Of a stretch of DNA of 64,000 bases, positions 62,957 through 64,000 are shown one piece after another. Within the stretch, counting starts at the first letter, position 1. The number at the start of each line of letters is the position of its first letter. The notes beneath the pieces were generated by a model. The model made no database searches, was not told where the DNA came from, and saw only the letters and a program-made list of their open reading frames with translations. Both the position numbers and the translations under genes were made by a program. The DNA comes from an uncultured delta proteobacterium (GTDB lineage Bacteria > Desulfobacterota > RBG-13-43-22): assembly GCA_963743305.1 (NCBI GenBank), contig CAVUPH010000014.1:352001-416000 (forward strand), given 5' to 3'.

Positions 62957-63478
62957 ATGGCGGTTCAAATAATAATTGACGGGTATAACCTGATCCGACT
63001 TTACCCACCCCTGGCCCGGGCAGAGCAGAAAAACTTTTCGCAGGGACGTGAAGAATTGCTTCGCTGGTTGGAGGAGTACCGGAGAACAAAGCCACTCCCT
63101 TTGACCGTGGTTTTTGATGGCGGCCGAGGAGGGGGGTTGAAGGAAGAACATGACCGGTATAAGGGAATAAAAATCACCTATTCCCCTTTGGGGGTGACGG
63201 CCGATGATATCATAAAACGTTTAGTCAGGAAGGATCCAGCTCAGATTCTGGTGGTAACTTCCGACCTGGAATTAGCCAATTACTGCCAGTCTCAAGGGGC
63301 CGGGGCCATGGGGTCTCTGGAATTCGCGTCCCGGGTGAACGCCAAATTGGAAGAGGAGGCTTATTTTTCAGATAAAGAGGAGGTGGAGGAAAACCTAAAC
63401 ACCAGAAAAAAGAAGGGCGCATCCCATAGAATCTCCAAGCGGAAGAAACGGGAGACGCGCTTGTGGAACAAGATTTAG
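62957..63478 (+). CDS. NYN-domain (YacP/Rae1-like) ribonuclease
   Basis: IIDGYNLI, VVFDG, TADDII and VVTSD acidic PIN/NYN motifs. Confidence 0.88.
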   Translation: MAVQIIIDGYNLIRLYPPLARAEQKNFSQGREELLRWLEEYRRTKPLPLTVVFDGGRGGGLKEEHDRYKGIKITYSPLGVTADDIIKRLVRKDPAQILVVTSDLELANYCQSQGAGAMGSLEFASRVNAKLEEEAYFSDKEEVEENLNTRKKKGASHRISKRKKRETRLWNKI

Positions 63479-63487
63479 CCAAAAAAA

Positions 63488-63547
63488 TTAGAATTTTACA
63501 TCCGTTGTTAGAAACAAATTTTCAGAACAATGGGTGAAAAAATCTAA
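63488..63547. repeat. ~60-bp TTAG-terminated palindromic element, diverged full copy
   Basis: TTAGAATTTTACATCCGTTGTT-AGAAACAAATTTTCAG-AACAATGGGTGAAAAAATCTAA, colinear with copy 1. Confidence 0.75.
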
Positions 63548-64000
63548 TTTTTCCAGGATTTCTCTTCCCCTCGAATAATTCTTTTGATGTTCTCGTGGTG
63601 TTTGAGGATGATGCCTAAGGCTATGAAGAGGGAAAGAACCACGGTTTCGGTCGGGTAGTGTAACCACCAGAGAAAAACCGGAAAGGAAATGGCCGATACC
63701 ATTGAACCCAAAGACACGAATTTCCCGAGGTAGGTAGTTACCAGAAAGATCGGAATGGCCAGCAGCACAACCAGAGGGCTGAATATCAGGAAAATGCCTA
63801 AGGCGGTTGCCACGCCTTTTCCCCCCTTGAAGCCCAGGTAGACTGGAAAACAATGCCCCAAAAAGGCCCCAAAGGCGATCATGGCCAACAGGTATCCGCC
63901 AGAACCGGGAAAACCGCTTAATCCCCATTGTCCGATCCAAACCGCGATCATTCCTTTAAATACATCACCCAGAAGGGTCAGAATCCCCCATTTTTTGCCC
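63544..64000 (-). CDS. plsY: Glycerol-3-phosphate acyltransferase PlsY (5' end outside the window)
   Basis: LLGDVFKG, GHCFPVYLGFKGGKGVAT, VSLGS and KHHENIKRI motifs. Confidence 0.93.
   Translation of the reverse strand, partial: GKKWGILTLLGDVFKGMIAVWIGQWGLSGFPGSGGYLLAMIAFGAFLGHCFPVYLGFKGGKGVATALGIFLIFSPLVVLLAIPIFLVTTYLGKFVSLGSMVSAISFPVFLWWLHYPTETVVLSLFIALGIILKHHENIKRIIRGEEKSWKN

Overview
Chromosomal window from a moderately GC-rich anaerobe, most likely a Desulfobacterota/Syntrophales-type deltaproteobacterium (inferred from gene content). Left to right it holds: the mreBCD-mrdA cell-shape operon; a V4R-PAS hybrid kinase; a DUF362/hypothetical/thioredoxin operon; a complete CODH/acetyl-CoA synthase cluster (acsV-cooC-acsD-cooS-acsB-acsC-acsE) that diverges from dnaN-gyrB-gyrA-gpsA across an AT-rich oriC-like spacer, with no dnaA or recF present; acyl-CoA metabolism genes; a CusRS-like two-component system with degP-dedA-mgtA; a corrinoid methyl-transfer module (one UroD/MtaA + pterin-binding + B12-binding ORF, followed by a RACE activator); ADP-forming acyl-CoA synthetase; a kinase-dead-looking sensor; amtB; parS-parA-parB; an NYN nuclease; and plsY. 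Intergenic spaces carry several families of small palindromic repeats. At least seven +1 frameshifts fall between 40.9 and 58.6 kb. They are probably assembly errors, so the apparent gene fusions in that region need caution. No rRNA, tRNA, CRISPR array, transposase or prophage was recognised.
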